Below are positions 60,951 to 64,000 of a stretch of DNA of 64,000 bases, in pieces. Under the pieces are notes generated by a model, which was not told the DNA's origin, did no database searches, and saw nothing but the letters and a program-made list of their open reading frames with translations. The translations under genes and the position numbers were made by a program. How positions within the stretch are numbered: position 1 is the stretch's first letter; each line of letters starts with the position of its first letter. The stretch comes from Malacoraja senta (taxonomy: Eukaryota). The stretch is from NCBI GenBank assembly GCA_038087875.1, contig CM075995.1, positions 5,954,001 through 6,018,000 of the forward strand, written 5' to 3'.

Positions 60951-62769
60951 CCATATAACCATATAACCATATAACAATTACAGCACGGAAACAGGCCATC
61001 TCGGCCCTTCTAGTCCGTGCCGAACACTTATTCTCACCTAGTCCCATGTGCCTGCACTCAGACCATAACCCTCCATTCCTTTCCCGTCCATATACCTATC
61101 CAATTTATTTTTAAATGGTAAAATCGAACCTGCCTCCACCACTTCCACTGGAAGCTCATTCCACACAGCTACCACTCTTTGAGTAAAGAAGTTCCCCCTC
61201 ATGTTACCCCTAAACTTCTGTCCCTTAATTCTCAAATCATGTCCTCTTGTTTGAATCTTCCCTACTCTCAATGGAAAAAGCTTATCCACGTCAACTCTGT
61301 CTATCCCTCTCATCATTTTAAAGACCTCTATCAAATCCCCCCCTTAACCTTCTGCGCTCCAAAGAATAAAGACCTAACTTGTTCAACCTTTCTCTGTAAC
61401 TTAGTTGCTGAAACCCAGGCAACATTCTAGTAAATCTCCTCTGTACTCTCTCTATTTTGTTGACATCCTTCCTATAATTAGGCGACCAAAATTGTACACC
61501 ATACTCCAGAATTGGCCTCACCAATGCCTTGTACAATTTTAACATTACATCCCAACTTCTATACTCAATGCTCTGATTTATAAAAGCCAGCACACCAAAA
61601 GCTTTCTTTACCACCCTATCTACATGAGATTCCACTTTCAGGGAACTGTGCACAGTTATTCCAAGATCCCTCTGTTCACCTGCATTCTTCAATTCCCTAC
61701 CATTTACCATGTACGTCCTATTTTGATTTATCCTGCCAAGATGTAGCACCTCACACTTATCAGCATTAAACTCCATCTGCCATCTTTCAGCCCACTCTTC
61801 CAACCGGCATAAATCTCTCTGTAGACTTTGAAAATCTACTTCATTATCCACAGCCCCACCTATCTTAGTATCATCTGCATACTTACTAATCCAATTTACC
61901 ACACCATCATCCAGATCATTGATGTACATGACAAACAACAGTGGACCCACCACAGATCCCTGTGGCACCCCACTAGTCACTGGCCTCCAACCTGACAAAC
62001 AACCATCCACCATTACTCTCTGGCATCTCCCATTCAGCCACTGTTGAATCCATCTTGCTACTCCACCATTAATATCAACCATTGAACCTTCTTATCCAAC
62101 CTTCCGTGAGGAACCTTGTCAAAGGCCTTACTGAAGTCCATATATACAACATCCACGGCTTTACCCTCATCAATTTCCCGAGTAACCTCTTCAAAAAATT
62201 CAAGAAGATTAGTCAAACATGACCTTCCAGGCACAAATCCATGTTGACTGTTCCTAATCAGCCCCTGTTTATCCAGATGCTTATATATATTATCTCTAAG
62301 TATCCTTTCCATTAATTTGCCCACCACTGACGTCAAACTAACAGGTCTATAATTGCTAGGTTTACTCTTAGACCCCTTTTTAAACAATGGAACAACATGC
62401 GCAGTACGCCAATCCTCCGGCACTATTGCCGTTTCCAATGATATTTGAAATATTTCTGTCATAGCCCCTGCTATTTCTACACTAACTTCCCTCAATGTCC
62501 TAGGGAATATCCTGTCCGGACCTGGAGACTTATCCACTTTTATATTTCTCAAAAGTGTCAGTACTTCCTCTTCTTTGAATCTCATAGTTTCCATAGCTAC
62601 TCTACTTGTTTCCCTTACCTCACATAATTCAATATCCTTCTCCTTGGTGAATACCGAAGAAAAGAAATTTATCAATATCTCCCCCATCTCTTTTGGCTCT
62701 GCAGATAGCTGTCCACTCTGACTCTCTAATGGACCAATTTTATTCCTTGTTATCCTTTTGCTATTAATA
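60951..62769 (-). mobile_element. Young CR1 LINE, 5' truncated
   Basis: RT ORF pieces across 61038-62769 (KYADD) and an (ATATGGTT)n tail. Confidence 0.93.
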
Positions 62770-64000
62770 GCCCATTTGATGTTTTCCTGGAGTTTATCCA
62801 GCAGGCCTTTGGTGCATGCTTCTGTTGTTGTTATTGTGGTCAAGTCATCCATGTACGCCCTGATTGGAGGAAGACGCAGCCCACCCTTCAAGCGTTCGCC
62901 TCCGACCACCCATCGTGATGCTCGAATGATGAGCTCCATTGCCATGGTGAAAACCAGAGGAGAAATGGTACAGCCAGCCATTATGCCTACCTCAAGGTGG
63001 TGTTGTCCTGTGTTGTGACGCAGTACTGGAGGTCCTGGAAGTAAGCGATTACCAGCTTTGTGATGACCTCTGGGACCTACAAGAAATTAAAAGCTGCCCA
63101 AAGAGTCTCATGGGGCACCGAACCAAACGCATTGGCAAGATCTAAGAAAACCACATTCAGATCTCTCTTTTCCTTCTTGGCAGTTTGTATCTGGTGCCAG
63201 ATGACGTTTGCATGTTCCAGACATCCTGAGAAACCACGTACCCCTGCTTTCTGCACTGATGTGTCAATTAAGTTGTTGCTCTGCAAAAAAGCTGAGAGTC
63301 TTTGGGTCACAACACCAAAGAAGATATTTCCTTCCATGTTCAGATTGGCTAATGGTTGAGGAGTTCTTTTCTTTGGGAATTAAGATCCCCCCTGCCCTTC
63401 GCCATGCCTTAGGTATGATTCCTTTCCCCCATGCCACTTTCATTAACTTCCAAAGGTATTTCAGGGCACCAGGGGTGTTCTTATAGAGCCTGTATGGAAT
63501 CCCATTGGGCCCTGGGGCTGATGCTGTTGTGCCCGTTTGACTGTGTTCTCCACCTCCTTCAATGTAGGAGGCCTTATGTCCATCTGGTGCTCAGGTGGGT
63601 GGATAGGTGGCATGTCATCTGGAATGGTGACTGGCTCATGCCTCCGGTTGTCAGAGTACGTCTTCCTCAGGTGCTCCTCCAGTTCCTTTACAGGTACTCT
63701 CAGGATCCCGCTCTTCTCCTTGACAAAGCGGCTTTTGCCAAACTTATACGGATCTCTGTAGAAACTTGTCCTCGCCCGTTCTTTCTTCTTGTGTTGCTTT
63801 CTCAGGCATTCTGCTCTTCGCAGGATTGCCAGGTGCTGCTTTATTTCTGCCTGCAGTGCCTCGAGTCCTTTCCTTTCTGCCTTGTGGCCTTCCTCCACTG
63901 TTTTCTCGGCTCCTTTCTTTCACCAGTCTTTTGATCTCGTGCTGCCTCCTGGACCTGTACTGGAGTGCTGGTTCCTTCTGTGTCCACTGTTTCATGACCT
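62770..64000 (-). mobile_element. HERO-like (R2/NeSL group) non-LTR retrotransposon RT fragment
   Basis: IDTSVQKAGV.GFSGCLEH...FLDLANAFGSVPH and MAGCTISPLVFTMAME...PPIRAYMDDLT. These motifs are distinct from CR1 and Rex and match HERO-clade RTs as recalled. Confidence 0.8.

Larger units (their letters stand above)
14782..64000 (+). other. STT3B: Probable STT3B intron 1, continuing beyond the window
   Basis: GTGAGG donor at 14782. No sequence encoding the expected next exon (FNYRSTHHLASHGFYEF...) was seen downstream by eye. Confidence 0.6.

Overview
Repeat-dense vertebrate genomic DNA. The HE1-type SINEs and HER1/CR1 LINEs point to a cartilaginous fish, probably a skate or ray (inference). 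There is a 200-N assembly gap at 14411-14610. The only host gene recognised is STT3B: its first coding exon (14613-14781, +) lies just right of the gap and has two apparent 1-nt insertions. No exon 2 was found, so 14782-64000 is probably intron 1. The rest is layered mobile DNA: CR1/HER1 and Rex1/Babar LINEs (one Rex nearly intact), a HERO-like LINE, a DIRS remnant, a Passport-like Tc1, Harbinger derivatives, a P-like MITE, two hAT-like elements with atypical target duplications, and two non-autonomous Helitrons. Two observations stand out. (1) One Helitron carries an apparent captured ALG13 exon 1 with its splice donor. (2) An abundant short retroelement family carries a minimal hammerhead-ribozyme-like core, has inverted Penelope-style architecture, and shows consistent 13-15 bp target-site duplications. 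All family assignments are from motif recognition without database searches.
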